In this document: positions 25,647 through 35,043 of the stretch, one piece after another
Layout: each line of letters starts with the position of its first letter
Numbering within the stretch: position 1 is the first letter of the stretch
Assembly (NCBI GenBank): GCA_016839785.1
Contig: JAEOTQ010000230.1
Coordinates: 1 to 37,410 of the forward strand
DNA length: 37,410 nt
DNA from: Candidatus Hodarchaeota archaeon
GTDB lineage: Archaea > Asgardarchaeota > Heimdallarchaeia > Hodarchaeales > Hodarchaeaceae
Direction of reading: 5' to 3'
Translations under genes and position numbers: made by a program
The notes under the pieces: model-generated
Databases searched by the model: none
Told to the model about the DNA's origin: nothing
What the model saw: only the letters and a program-made list of their open reading frames with translations

Positions 25647-26807
25647 TCAGGGTATGTACGCATATAATGCAAAATCGATCCGCTGTCCTTCATCTCCAAC
25701 TAATGAAAGATATTCGACTCGTGGAAGACTGTCTAAATTTATTGGTACTTCAATTCTTCCGATATTTTTCTGTTGTAAACGGACATTTTCAAAAGCATGG
25801 ATAACAACCTTTAGAGGTCCTTCATGATCCAGTTTGATTTGATTGGTGTAAATAATCATCGGATTTTCGGGAATAGCAATTTTTTGATTAGGTGCTATAA
25901 ATCCTTGACGAGGGTATTGCTGAGTTAAATGTCCTTGTGAATGAATCCAAAGGGAAACTGGAGATTGTAGATTGACCAATGTGAGAAGACGAATCTTAAA
26001 AATAGCGATTTGAGGGATTAAAAATGGTTGAACCAGACGAAAAACAATCTTGTGTTTATGAACACGTAGATGGGTCGATCCAATAGAAATATTCACAGCA
26101 TCTGGTAATGGGATAAATCTTATTATATTTCCATTCTTGCTTGTCGACCATACAGACCCCCCTATGTTAATTTGTGTAAGAAAATAGAGCTCTTTTTCAC
26201 TGATTGTCGAATTTATATCCTCAAAATAATCTATAGCTTGCTCTATCTCTTCTTTAGTTGGCTTATTTTTTCTTTGGAGTAGATTTAGGTACTGGGTCTT
26301 ATCATGAGGACTACCAATCATCGCTAAAACCCTGATATGCGCCGCTCCATCCTGAAACTTGGTATAAAAACGTGTTAAAATCCCCCCCGAACCATGTGCG
26401 AGTACCGAAATTTTGTGGGCATTAGTGATTTCTTTGATAATCTTCACATTCTTCCCAAGATTTACGCTAGCACTATTTAAATCGACTAAACTTGAAATAT
26501 CAATGGCAAATATGTAACGAAAACCATACTTCCACAATTCTTTGGCGAACCAGTTGAAAATTGTGTGTTTGGAATTAAAACCGTGAATAAGCATAATTGG
26601 TTCGTTGAATCTTGCATGAGTTATATCTGGAAGGTATTTTTCTGTTAAATCGGTATCAAGATAGGCAAAACGCCATAATCTCCATTCACTAACCTTTTTT
26701 TCAATCTCTATCCAAAAATGATCAAGTTCTTTTAATCGCTCTGTTTCTGGTGTGATATCGACAAATTTAGCTTGATTTCTCTTCCGATCCTCATCTTCAA
26801 ACATCAT
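25647..26807 (-). CDS. Alpha/beta-hydrolase (lipase-like) fold, probably inactive, fused to a C2-like domain
   Basis: PIMLIHGF oxyanion motif and IGSPH. The elbow reads AHGSGG instead of GHSxGG. The beta-rich C-terminus reads KIRLLTLVNL...VVIHAFE...NIGRIEVPI. Confidence 0.7.
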   Translation of the reverse strand: MMFEDEDRKRNQAKFVDITPETERLKELDHFWIEIEKKVSEWRLWRFAYLDTDLTEKYLPDITHARFNEPIMLIHGFNSKHTIFNWFAKELWKYGFRYIFAIDISSLVDLNSASVNLGKNVKIIKEITNAHKISVLAHGSGGILTRFYTKFQDGAAHIRVLAMIGSPHDKTQYLNLLQRKNKPTKEEIEQAIDYFEDINSTISEKELYFLTQINIGGSVWSTSKNGNIIRFIPLPDAVNISIGSTHLRVHKHKIVFRLVQPFLIPQIAIFKIRLLTLVNLQSPVSLWIHSQGHLTQQYPRQGFIAPNQKIAIPENPMIIYTNQIKLDHEGPLKVVIHAFENVRLQQKNIGRIEVPINLDSLPRVEYLSLVGDEGQRIDFALYAYIP

Positions 26808-27056
26808 ATTGCCCGATATCCCAGTTATTAGTTGAATTTAATCAAGTAGTTCTTACTATAACCTTATGATTGAAAAATTTTCTGGATCTCATTATCCGAA
26901 TTGAATTTATTTTAATATTCAAGAAATCCCACAATCAGTCCATAAGAATGAATAATTATCAAATTTCTTAGACCAAACACCCTGTTAACTATTAACCTAA
27001 CATTTTTATTCTAAATTCCCATAATTCTTCAATTAATATATCGGGCAAAGATGTGA

Positions 27057-27596
27057 GTGGATACAGAAATGGCTAAGTACTGCCCATCATGTGGACATAA
27101 AACAGAACCAGATTCAATTTATTGTCTAAATTGTGGAAAAAAACTACCTGAAAAAACTTTTGCGGAACCTGGAGCTAGATGGGAGGCTCCCACTCAACCT
27201 TCCAAGCCTGTACCATATCAAAGTCCAGACTATAAAACAGTTTATCAACCACGACTATTTCATCCAAGTATGAAAGCACCACTTGGAGAACGAATTATTG
27301 CAGCTCTAATTGATTCCGCTATAGCAAGTGTACTTAGCTATGTTTGTATAGGAGTTTTTTATGGCTGTTTCCAAGATGGAATTCGGGATGGCCAATCATT
27401 CGGAAAAGGAATCCTGAATCTTAGAGTTGTCGATTATATCTCTGGCACACCTGCAACCTTAGGTCAATCTTGTGTACGTAACTGTATATGTGGGTGGGTA
27501 GATGCCATGTGTTGCTATTTAACTGTTTTTATATCTGATGAGGGACGTCGTATAGGAGATCAAGTAGCGGGAACCGTTGTAATTCGTGATCAATAA
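27057..27596 (+). CDS. Zinc-ribbon + RDD family protein
   Basis: YCPSCG...YCLNCG and a Pro-rich linker. RDD motifs RIIAALID, GQSFGK...LRVV and RRIGDQVAGTVV. The start may be the ATG at 27069. Confidence 0.88.
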   Translation: MDTEMAKYCPSCGHKTEPDSIYCLNCGKKLPEKTFAEPGARWEAPTQPSKPVPYQSPDYKTVYQPRLFHPSMKAPLGERIIAALIDSAIASVLSYVCIGVFYGCFQDGIRDGQSFGKGILNLRVVDYISGTPATLGQSCVRNCICGWVDAMCCYLTVFISDEGRRIGDQVAGTVVIRDQ

Positions 27597-27741
27597 GCAT
27601 TTGGAAGGTTTCACTCAGTTTTTCGGATACGCCAATTTCATATCTCAGGACAATTTATTTCTCAAAATAGTACTCAGAATTATGATCACGATTCTATTAA
27701 TCTAATAACATTCAACACTGATTCGGAACGAGTTTAACAGA

Positions 27742-29247
27742 ATGAAGGATATTTTCCAAAAGATCACGGAACTTGAGCGCTTAGGTGAATTCGGAAAGAT
27801 AATTGGGCTTGTAGAAGAGGAGCTTAAAAACGAATCAAACCAAGAAAGAAATTTTCAACTTGAATTAGTTCAGTTAGAAGCGAATTATAACCTAAGGAAT
27901 TTCCAACATGCAAAACAAAGTGTAGAGAAGCTAATAAGGCAACCTATGTTGGAGAAATATCCTGCAATACTGGGTGGAGCTCATAACCTATTGGGAAAGA
28001 TATTTAGAATTCATCAACGATATGAAGAAGCTCTAAAACATTATCAAATTGCAGAAAATGCCTATAAAGCAGCTCGAGATAACCCAGGTCTTACTAAAAT
28101 TAATATTAACATTGGTAATGTCTACATTTTTCTAGAAAAGTTTAAATTTGCTAAAAAATTCCATAAAAAAGCATTAGACCTGGCAATGTCAGATGAAAAT
28201 TCTGAATTAATCGCAAATTGTTATTTGAATCTTGGAAGCTTGCATTATCAGAACGGTGAAGTTGAAGATGCATTTAATTATTATAAAGAAGCATTAAAAA
28301 TCTTTGAAGACATTAATGATATCCCAGCACTAGCTGCAGTTCACCTAAACATTGCAGAAACATTTTTTCTTCGGAAGAATTTTATTGAATCTGCTAAATA
28401 CAGTGCTACTTCAATTGAATTGTACAAACGACAGCAAAATACTTTGGGTCAAAATTTAGCTCTCAAATCTTTTGCAAGAGCTGAAAGGGGTGCAAGAAAT
28501 TATGAGAATGCTATAAAATCATTTGAGGAATTACTTAAACTACAAGATTCCTCATTAAATGAAGAGATTTTATTAGAACTGGGAGAATGTTATCTTGAGT
28601 TAAATGATGCATTTAGTGCTGAAGGTATATATCAGACCTTACGTAATACGCCGAGTTATTCCCCTCAGTCAAGAGGACAGGCATTGAATTATCTAGCAAC
28701 CATATCAGGTGGAAAACGTAATTTTAACCTCTCCATCAAGTACTATACGGAGTTAATGGAGATCCTGAAATCGCTACCCGTTGATGATGTGGATAGTAGA
28801 GCATCAACTCAAGGAAATCTTGGGTACATGCATCTAAAGCTTGAAGATGAGGAAAAAGCATTCAAGAATCTGGATACTGCATTAAAGCATTTTCGCAAGA
28901 AAAAGATTTGGGAAGATGCTGCTATCCTACTAAATAATTTTTTGGGTGAATTTTTCATTAAAAAGAAATATTTCAAATGTGTATCTTTTATTGAGAAGTT
29001 CGCACTTCCTATTGCCAAAAAAGCAAAGAATAATGATTGGCAAACGCAACTCCATTCCGATATCGCTTTCATTACTCATCTTACTGGAAAATCGGATGAG
29101 GGAGTTCGCTACTGGAAGAAATTTTGTCCTCAAGATTCATTATCTCAATACAAACCTTTTTTCGTTTCTCTCACTGATATCCCCGAATCAGAAAGGGAAC
29201 GATTAGATGGAGAGCTCAGAGACTTCCTCAAACTGATTTCAGAGTAG
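27742..29247 (+). CDS. Tetratricopeptide repeat protein
   Basis: Repeated TPR consensus (LLGKIF...EEALKHY; NIGNVY...AKKFHKKAL; NLGSLHYQNGEVEDAFNYYKEAL). Confidence 0.92.
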   Translation: MKDIFQKITELERLGEFGKIIGLVEEELKNESNQERNFQLELVQLEANYNLRNFQHAKQSVEKLIRQPMLEKYPAILGGAHNLLGKIFRIHQRYEEALKHYQIAENAYKAARDNPGLTKININIGNVYIFLEKFKFAKKFHKKALDLAMSDENSELIANCYLNLGSLHYQNGEVEDAFNYYKEALKIFEDINDIPALAAVHLNIAETFFLRKNFIESAKYSATSIELYKRQQNTLGQNLALKSFARAERGARNYENAIKSFEELLKLQDSSLNEEILLELGECYLELNDAFSAEGIYQTLRNTPSYSPQSRGQALNYLATISGGKRNFNLSIKYYTELMEILKSLPVDDVDSRASTQGNLGYMHLKLEDEEKAFKNLDTALKHFRKKKIWEDAAILLNNFLGEFFIKKKYFKCVSFIEKFALPIAKKAKNNDWQTQLHSDIAFITHLTGKSDEGVRYWKKFCPQDSLSQYKPFFVSLTDIPESERERLDGELRDFLKLISE

Positions 29248-29326
29248 ATAAGAGTTCTTATATCTAAAATCAACTATTTCTATTTTCGATACTTAAAACT
29301 TATATTAAAAGGTTTATATTGTTGAA

Positions 29327-29935
29327 TTGAGGAAAAACTGGTTGACGGCCCGCGATCTTAAGCGACGAATACTAGGTCCATATCGAATTTCCCATCACCC
29401 TCTATGTGACAATTTTAGCGATCACATCTATAAGATTCAAGGTAGTAGGGTGTGTAGGGGGTGTGTTATGCAATATTCAGGTATGAGTTTAGCTGTTTTT
29501 CTAATATATTTTGACTTCTTTTTTCAAGTCTTATTTTCTACATTGACCGAATTTCAATTTGGGATAGTTCTTTATTTTTTGATTCTCCCCACATTTTTAA
29601 CAACATTTATTATTAAAAATCGTGTACTAAAGGACATTTCACGATTCATGCTAGGATTAGCCTTCACTTTTGCCATTTTCCTTGTGTTTACATCCCCTGA
29701 TTGGATTGTAAAGGGATACATTCTATTGAATTTTATTCCAGGGTATTATTACTTACAGAAACGTCGAGAGACAAAAAACGAAGATATCTGCATTGAATGT
29801 CAAGAGTATGAACATAGACCGTATTGTCCGGGTTATCAAACATATCAGGATCGTGAAAGTATATTTCTTTCCCAAGCATCTCAGGGTGGAATCCAGGATC
29901 CTTTTGCTTTGTCACCCGACTCCCTAGATGATTAA
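29327..29935 (+). CDS. DUF2085-like membrane protein with Cys/His metal-binding motifs
   Basis: SHHPLC...H...VCRGC...YSG, about four TM helices, and a C-terminal CIEC...CPG. Confidence 0.6.
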   Translation: MRKNWLTARDLKRRILGPYRISHHPLCDNFSDHIYKIQGSRVCRGCVMQYSGMSLAVFLIYFDFFFQVLFSTLTEFQFGIVLYFLILPTFLTTFIIKNRVLKDISRFMLGLAFTFAIFLVFTSPDWIVKGYILLNFIPGYYYLQKRRETKNEDICIECQEYEHRPYCPGYQTYQDRESIFLSQASQGGIQDPFALSPDSLDD

Positions 29936-30003
29936 CTACTTAAAAACCAATTCCGATATTTCCAATAGCTTTTTTAACATCGAGGTTTCCTCTAGAATAG
30001 GTC

Positions 30004-30360
30004 TTGAGATATATTTTATCTCAATTATCTATGGAGAATTATGGAATGTCAAGTCAACAAGCATTATTAAGAAAAACAGCTCCATGTATGGATCGATGTA
30101 TAGCTTCGATAATTGACGGCTTCTTATCTTGTATACCATGTTATCCTCTCTGGAAGGATGGTATTCGAGATGGTCAGAGCTTTGGCAAAGGTATGATGGG
30201 TCTCCGAGTGGTAAAGTTTTCCACAGGTCGGCCTGCTACCATAACAGATTCTTGTCTTAGAAACTGTTTCTCATGTTGTGAACCCCTACTCTTAATAACC
30301 AGTGGTCGAAGACGCTTCGGCGATTATGTAGCTGGTACAATTGTCATTAAAGACGCCTAG
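30004..30360 (+). CDS. Minimal Cys-rich RDD family protein, paralog of 27057..27596
   Basis: RCIASIID, DGIRDGQSFGK...LRVV and RRFGDYVAGTIVI. The true start may be the ATG at 30031 or 30046. Confidence 0.82.
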   Translation: MRYILSQLSMENYGMSSQQALLRKTAPCMDRCIASIIDGFLSCIPCYPLWKDGIRDGQSFGKGMMGLRVVKFSTGRPATITDSCLRNCFSCCEPLLLITSGRRRFGDYVAGTIVIKDA

Positions 30361-30437
30361 AACGTTATATCACGTGTCTAGTCGTTATCTCTTTTTCTAA
30401 TTTTCTTAGATTAACCACGAAATAATAATTAAGTTAA

Positions 30438-31427
30438 ATGAGGATGGGTTGTGAAATACCAACTATCGAGCTAAGTGATGTTAAAGGAAAAAGGTTTGAG
30501 ACAATTTTAATATTTATAATTAAAAATCGACTGTTAATCGGGCTTCTTTTCGGCTTTCCATTTATGCTATTCGGTTTATTCACTGAATTGGCAATCCAAC
30601 ATTGGGATTTAACATTACTTGCAGATAATTGGATGAGGATTATTGCAGCAATTATAATATCCATCTCTTTACTTCCCTATATCTGGATGATTAATGATTA
30701 CTATGATGCCCCTTTTGACAAATTAGATGTGAAAAAAGGGGAACGCAACTATTTTTGTAGTTCCAATATTCAAGATAAACCATATCTTGCCAAGATTATG
30801 CTCTTAAGTCCAGTAATAATAAGTTTATCTTTCAGCATAATCATAAATATCGAAACTCTGTTTCTTGTATCTTTTACGTTGTTACTTGGGCATTTCTATA
30901 GTGCACCTCCTCTACGTTTCAAAGAACGACCAATTTTCGACTTAATCACACATGGTTTGTATGCCTCTGGCTTATTTTTTCTATTAGGAGGATTAATCGT
31001 TACTCCATTTGCATTCCTTGTTCAACAACCTCTTTTTCTTGTTTTTCTCATGTTGTCGATAATTGATGGGATCTGGCTTCAATTCAATTCACAACTAATT
31101 GATCTTGAGATTGATATGCAGGGGGAACAACAAACAACTTCGGTAGTCCAGGGAGTGCAGAAGAGTATTTTATTGCTTCGAGGGCTAATTTGTAGTATGT
31201 TATTAACGTTGACCTTCTATTTAATTCTAAATACTCCATTAAGAGATTATTTACCTGATATAGTCAACCAGATTTCAATTTTATCGTCATTTTTTTTAAT
31301 ACTTCTCTATTTAATCCAATCTTATCGATTGAGGGACAATTTTGATTATATACGAAAACATTCAGCCTGGGTTAGAAGAAATTTTGTGTATATTTTTTGT
31401 ATTATCGGGATTTTACTTATTAACTAA
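30438..31427 (+). CDS. UbiA-family prenyltransferase
   Basis: INDYYDAPFD Asp-rich motif, YSAPPLRFK, QLIDLEID...TT, and multiple TM helices. Confidence 0.9.
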   Translation: MRMGCEIPTIELSDVKGKRFETILIFIIKNRLLIGLLFGFPFMLFGLFTELAIQHWDLTLLADNWMRIIAAIIISISLLPYIWMINDYYDAPFDKLDVKKGERNYFCSSNIQDKPYLAKIMLLSPVIISLSFSIIINIETLFLVSFTLLLGHFYSAPPLRFKERPIFDLITHGLYASGLFFLLGGLIVTPFAFLVQQPLFLVFLMLSIIDGIWLQFNSQLIDLEIDMQGEQQTTSVVQGVQKSILLLRGLICSMLLTLTFYLILNTPLRDYLPDIVNQISILSSFFLILLYLIQSYRLRDNFDYIRKHSAWVRRNFVYIFCIIGILLIN

Positions 31428-31530
31428 GATAAATCATTATCAGATGAAAATAATAAAATGATGGAGGAACATTCTTGATTGAGGGTATGAAAATCTTCCT
31501 CTACAAACGATTCTACCGTGAAGTGCTTAA

Positions 31531-31896
31531 ATGCCTAAAGACGGGTATAAACAATTAAAACTGGACCCCAAAAAAATGGCTAAATGGTGGCAGGATGCTG
31601 AGGAACAAGTTAGACTCGCTCACCCCCATGAATCGAGAAAAAATCAAGAAAAACTTACGGAAAAATACTTACAATCTCAAATAAGCAGAATCATGCTAAA
31701 AAAGAAAAGTAGACCTGATCCTGGTGAGAAACAGATAGCAGAATGGTATCGAAATGAGCTAGTACACTTGAGGCTTGAAATTCCTGAAACACCATTAAAA
31801 CAACGAGAAAGAATGGCAGCGGAAACTGTAGCAAATAAAATCAAACATTATCGACGTACTATTCAGCTCGACACCTTTTTTGAGAAGATAGAGTAA
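31531..31896 (+). CDS. Small basic protein with an internal duplication and a PIP-like C-terminus
   Basis: Two similar ~45-aa helical units and the C-terminal TIQLDTFFEKIE. Confidence 0.7.
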   Translation: MPKDGYKQLKLDPKKMAKWWQDAEEQVRLAHPHESRKNQEKLTEKYLQSQISRIMLKKKSRPDPGEKQIAEWYRNELVHLRLEIPETPLKQRERMAAETVANKIKHYRRTIQLDTFFEKIE

Positions 31897-31985
31897 ACAA
31901 TCTACTTAGTAGTAGTCATAGAACTGGAATTTTCAAACCTTGTGTTTTTGGATAATAGTGACCATGGAGATATGGAGAAACAAAT

Positions 31986-32705
31986 ATGACTAAACGGATG
32001 TACCTAGTAGATAACTACGTAAAAGATTTTAGGTCAACACTGATAAAAACAGAAACAGAGGGGCTAGTATTAAAGGAAACCTACTTTTATCCTGAGGGAG
32101 GAGGACAACCAGGGGATAAAGGAACTTTATTTATTAACGATCAAGCTGTAAAGGTAAAAAATACCCGTATTAAGCAAGGGGAGATAATTCATGAAACCGA
32201 TACTCTAGATTTTCCAGTGGGAGCGGAAGTAGAAGGAAAAATAGACTGGAAATACCGCAATATACTGATGAGAAGTCATTCAGCACAACATGTACTTAGT
32301 CGCTATTTTCAATTTAATTATCAAGCGGAAACAGTCAGTACACAATTGAAAGCTGCGAAGAGTAGAATAGACTTTCAACCACTGGGAAAAATAACACCAG
32401 AAGAATTAGAAAAAATCGCAAATGATATCAATATGATCTTGGCGAAGAATTTGCCGATATCTATTAAAACATTACCCAGGAAAGAAGCTTTTTCTTATCT
32501 TCGAGAGAAGAAATACCAAATTAAATACCTTGAAATGGTACCTAAATCAATTAAATCTATACGAATTATCTCTATTGGCGAATATGATTTTGCAGCTTGT
32601 GCTGGAACACATGTAAACAACACTTCAGAGATTGGGAAAATTTCTCTTATAAGTACGAAGAATAAAGGAAAATTGCGAGAGCGAATCTTCTATTCTGTGA
32701 GTTAA
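31986..32705 (+). CDS. alaX: Alanyl-tRNA editing protein AlaX (AlaXp-M type)
   Basis: TYFYPEGGGQPGDKG, HSAQH (HxxxH) and CAGTHV (CxxxH). Confidence 0.93.
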   Translation: MTKRMYLVDNYVKDFRSTLIKTETEGLVLKETYFYPEGGGQPGDKGTLFINDQAVKVKNTRIKQGEIIHETDTLDFPVGAEVEGKIDWKYRNILMRSHSAQHVLSRYFQFNYQAETVSTQLKAAKSRIDFQPLGKITPEELEKIANDINMILAKNLPISIKTLPRKEAFSYLREKKYQIKYLEMVPKSIKSIRIISIGEYDFAACAGTHVNNTSEIGKISLISTKNKGKLRERIFYSVS

Positions 32706-32724
32706 TATGAATTTAGAATAGTAA

Positions 32725-33780
32725 TCATAGTTCACAAATCTCTAACAATACTGGTTGGTGAAAATATCTTCTCATCCACTTTCTGAATCGGAATTGATTT
32801 TTAGAATCCAGCTGATAATTTATGGAGACTTTTTTAGGCACGATTGTATGTGTTTGATAATAGTCCTGTAGGAAATATAGAATAAAAACTTCTAACGACA
32901 AATTATCAGCCTTAAATAGATTCTGGCTTTTTTTAGAGACTAATTTTCCATCTCGGTATGCAGTAATCGTCGTATGTATCTGGTTCAGAATATTCGGAGT
33001 CATTTTGAATGTGAATTTATTCTGATCAAAAGGGTATCCAATACCTGCATAACGTCGTTGTAAGACCTTCAGCGCTTGTAGTGAAATATTCAGTCTCTGT
33101 GCTGCTTCAAATTGCATCTTTTCGATATGAATATCAATTTGATTACTCCATTCGTTCAGGAGAGTAGAATCAGCTGAAGTTAATGCATTAATAAATTTAG
33201 TTAACTTATTAGTGCCCAGACTCGGCTTTGATCCGTTCGTTTGGATACAATTACGAGAACATAAATTTAATTGATATTCCCAGCAAGAGTTATCTTTAGC
33301 TGTAGTACATAGCTTCAATTTTTTGCGGATTTGATCAATTAGCTCTTCTAGCTTTTTGGAATGTAAATTAATTCTAAAAATTCGGTCGTGCTCCTTTAAC
33401 CTGTCAAGTATATCATTCGAACTACATAAGAGATGATAATGAGGTTCTTTTCGTAAAATAAGATATGAAAAGGAATGAATCCCATTACTACGGATATTTA
33501 GCCGAGGACGGTTAGTCCAAATCTGTAATCTCTCTGCTTCGAAAGCGGACTCTTGATTTTCGAATTCTTGGTATTCAATGTACCTTGTAAGGATCTGAAT
33601 CTGTGAATGTTTCTTTTCTTTCAACTTAGAACGTCTAAAGTATTGTGAAACACGATTTTGAAGATTTTTGGAAGCACCGATGTAAAGAATTTCTTGATGT
33701 TCATCGATAAATCGATAAATTCCAGGACTAGTGGGAATGAGTGAGAAATCCTTCAATGGTGTACTGATCCGATTAAACAC
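32725..33780 (-). CDS. GIY-YIG nuclease, truncated UvrC/Cho-like
   Basis: PGIYRF...LYIGASKNLQNRVSQYF, catalytic E (AFEAE), PRLN, a four-Cys cluster, and UVR-like MQFEAAQRL. No RNase H or HhH tail. Confidence 0.85.
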   Translation of the reverse strand: MFNRISTPLKDFSLIPTSPGIYRFIDEHQEILYIGASKNLQNRVSQYFRRSKLKEKKHSQIQILTRYIEYQEFENQESAFEAERLQIWTNRPRLNIRSNGIHSFSYLILRKEPHYHLLCSSNDILDRLKEHDRIFRINLHSKKLEELIDQIRKKLKLCTTAKDNSCWEYQLNLCSRNCIQTNGSKPSLGTNKLTKFINALTSADSTLLNEWSNQIDIHIEKMQFEAAQRLNISLQALKVLQRRYAGIGYPFDQNKFTFKMTPNILNQIHTTITAYRDGKLVSKKSQNLFKADNLSLEVFILYFLQDYYQTHTIVPKKVSINYQLDSKNQFRFRKWMRRYFHQPVLLEICEL

Positions 33781-33940
33781 GCAAGGTTACACCTATGATC
33801 CAATCACAGTCTAACTCACCATTAGTAATGATTATATATATTTATGTCGGGTTCAATCTTGATTTGTTCCACTCACGGAAACTATAAATATGAAAACCTT
33901 TTTAGTTAAAGAGGAAGAAAAGGTGTATGGAGGATTTCCA

Positions 33941-34084
33941 ATGTCAGAAGATGAACAAAAAATACCAGATGATTTAAAGAAAGAATTGCTTAAAAAGACT
34001 AAAGATGACGGTTTTAGGGGTGGAATTGAGGAAGCTAAGGCTAAGTTGGAAGGAAAAATTCCTACGAAACCCAAGGAGGAATAA
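33941..34084 (+). CDS. Small charged hypothetical protein (47 aa)
   Basis: GGAGG SD at 33929-33933 before the ATG at 33941. K/E/D-rich sequence. Confidence 0.55.
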   Translation: MSEDEQKIPDDLKKELLKKTKDDGFRGGIEEAKAKLEGKIPTKPKEE

Positions 34085-34204
34085 TATAAAGAATTACTTC
34101 CAAACAAATACGGGGAGGGATTGAAATCGTCTTATATCTTAAATTATACTTTATTCTTTCATGAAATCAATTTTTTCGGGTAGAAAAGAGTTATATTGAA
34201 TTCT

Positions 34205-34924
34205 TTATCCTGATAACATTTCTACTTCAGGAGAAATGATAATTCCTTGACTCGTTATAGATAATGGAAAGAGACCCCGCTTATGATTTATCCCTCTCAT
34301 TTTTACAATTTCGATTCCACGTTGTCTTTTTGATCCCAAACGTTCATTGTACAGTCTGATGATGCCTGCGGCAAGAAATTCTTCTACAGTAAACTCTTTA
34401 GAGTAACTGCTTTCAGTAATGGCTAAAGAAGTTACACCAAAACGACGGATAACATCAAAAAAGCGTAGGAAATTATAACGAACCTCACGAATATTATCGA
34501 AAAGAAGTGAAATAATAGTAAGAGGATCAATGACAAGACGTTTGGCGTTGATTTCATTAATAGATTCCTTGATACTTTTGGTCAGTGCAGGAAGATCAAC
34601 CTTGGTTTGTTGCAAAGCTAGTTGACCTTCTCCTAATGCTCTACCATAAGAAAAATCTAATATCTTTAATCTTCCAGTTTTTTCTAATTTTTCCAAATCA
34701 TAACCAAATGACTGCTGAGTAAGAAATAATTCTTTGCGAGATTCATTAAAACTGCAAAAAATTCCAGATTCGTTGTATTTATTAATACCTTCAACGAGAT
34801 AACCAACAGACAAGCACGTTTTCCCGCATCCAGGAGCTCCAGAGAGAATTGTTGTCCATCCAGTAGGAATTCCACCTCCAAGAAGTTCGTCCAATCCTGG
34901 AATTCCAGTTTTTGTTAGCTCCAT
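34205..34924 (-). CDS. Single-domain KaiC/GvpD/RAD55-family RecA-fold ATPase
   Basis: TGIPGLDELLGGG, Walker A GAPGCGKT, Walker B LVIDP, and IVKMRG. Confidence 0.92.
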   Translation of the reverse strand: MELTKTGIPGLDELLGGGIPTGWTTILSGAPGCGKTCLSVGYLVEGINKYNESGIFCSFNESRKELFLTQQSFGYDLEKLEKTGRLKILDFSYGRALGEGQLALQQTKVDLPALTKSIKESINEINAKRLVIDPLTIISLLFDNIREVRYNFLRFFDVIRRFGVTSLAITESSYSKEFTVEEFLAAGIIRLYNERLGSKRQRGIEIVKMRGINHKRGLFPLSITSQGIIISPEVEMLSG

Positions 34925-35043
34925 TTTATCACGACAGAGGATGAAGTTACTGAAATGATACTTCTAAATACATTAGAACGATCATCACTTAAAAACAATG
35001 CAGAACGTAGACTGGAATTAGTGTAGAGATCGATCCTAATTTC

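Noticed and set aside
34205-34924. Circadian clock KaiC
   Set aside because: It has a single ATPase domain with no kaiB neighbour; this is the common archaeal KaiC-like family.
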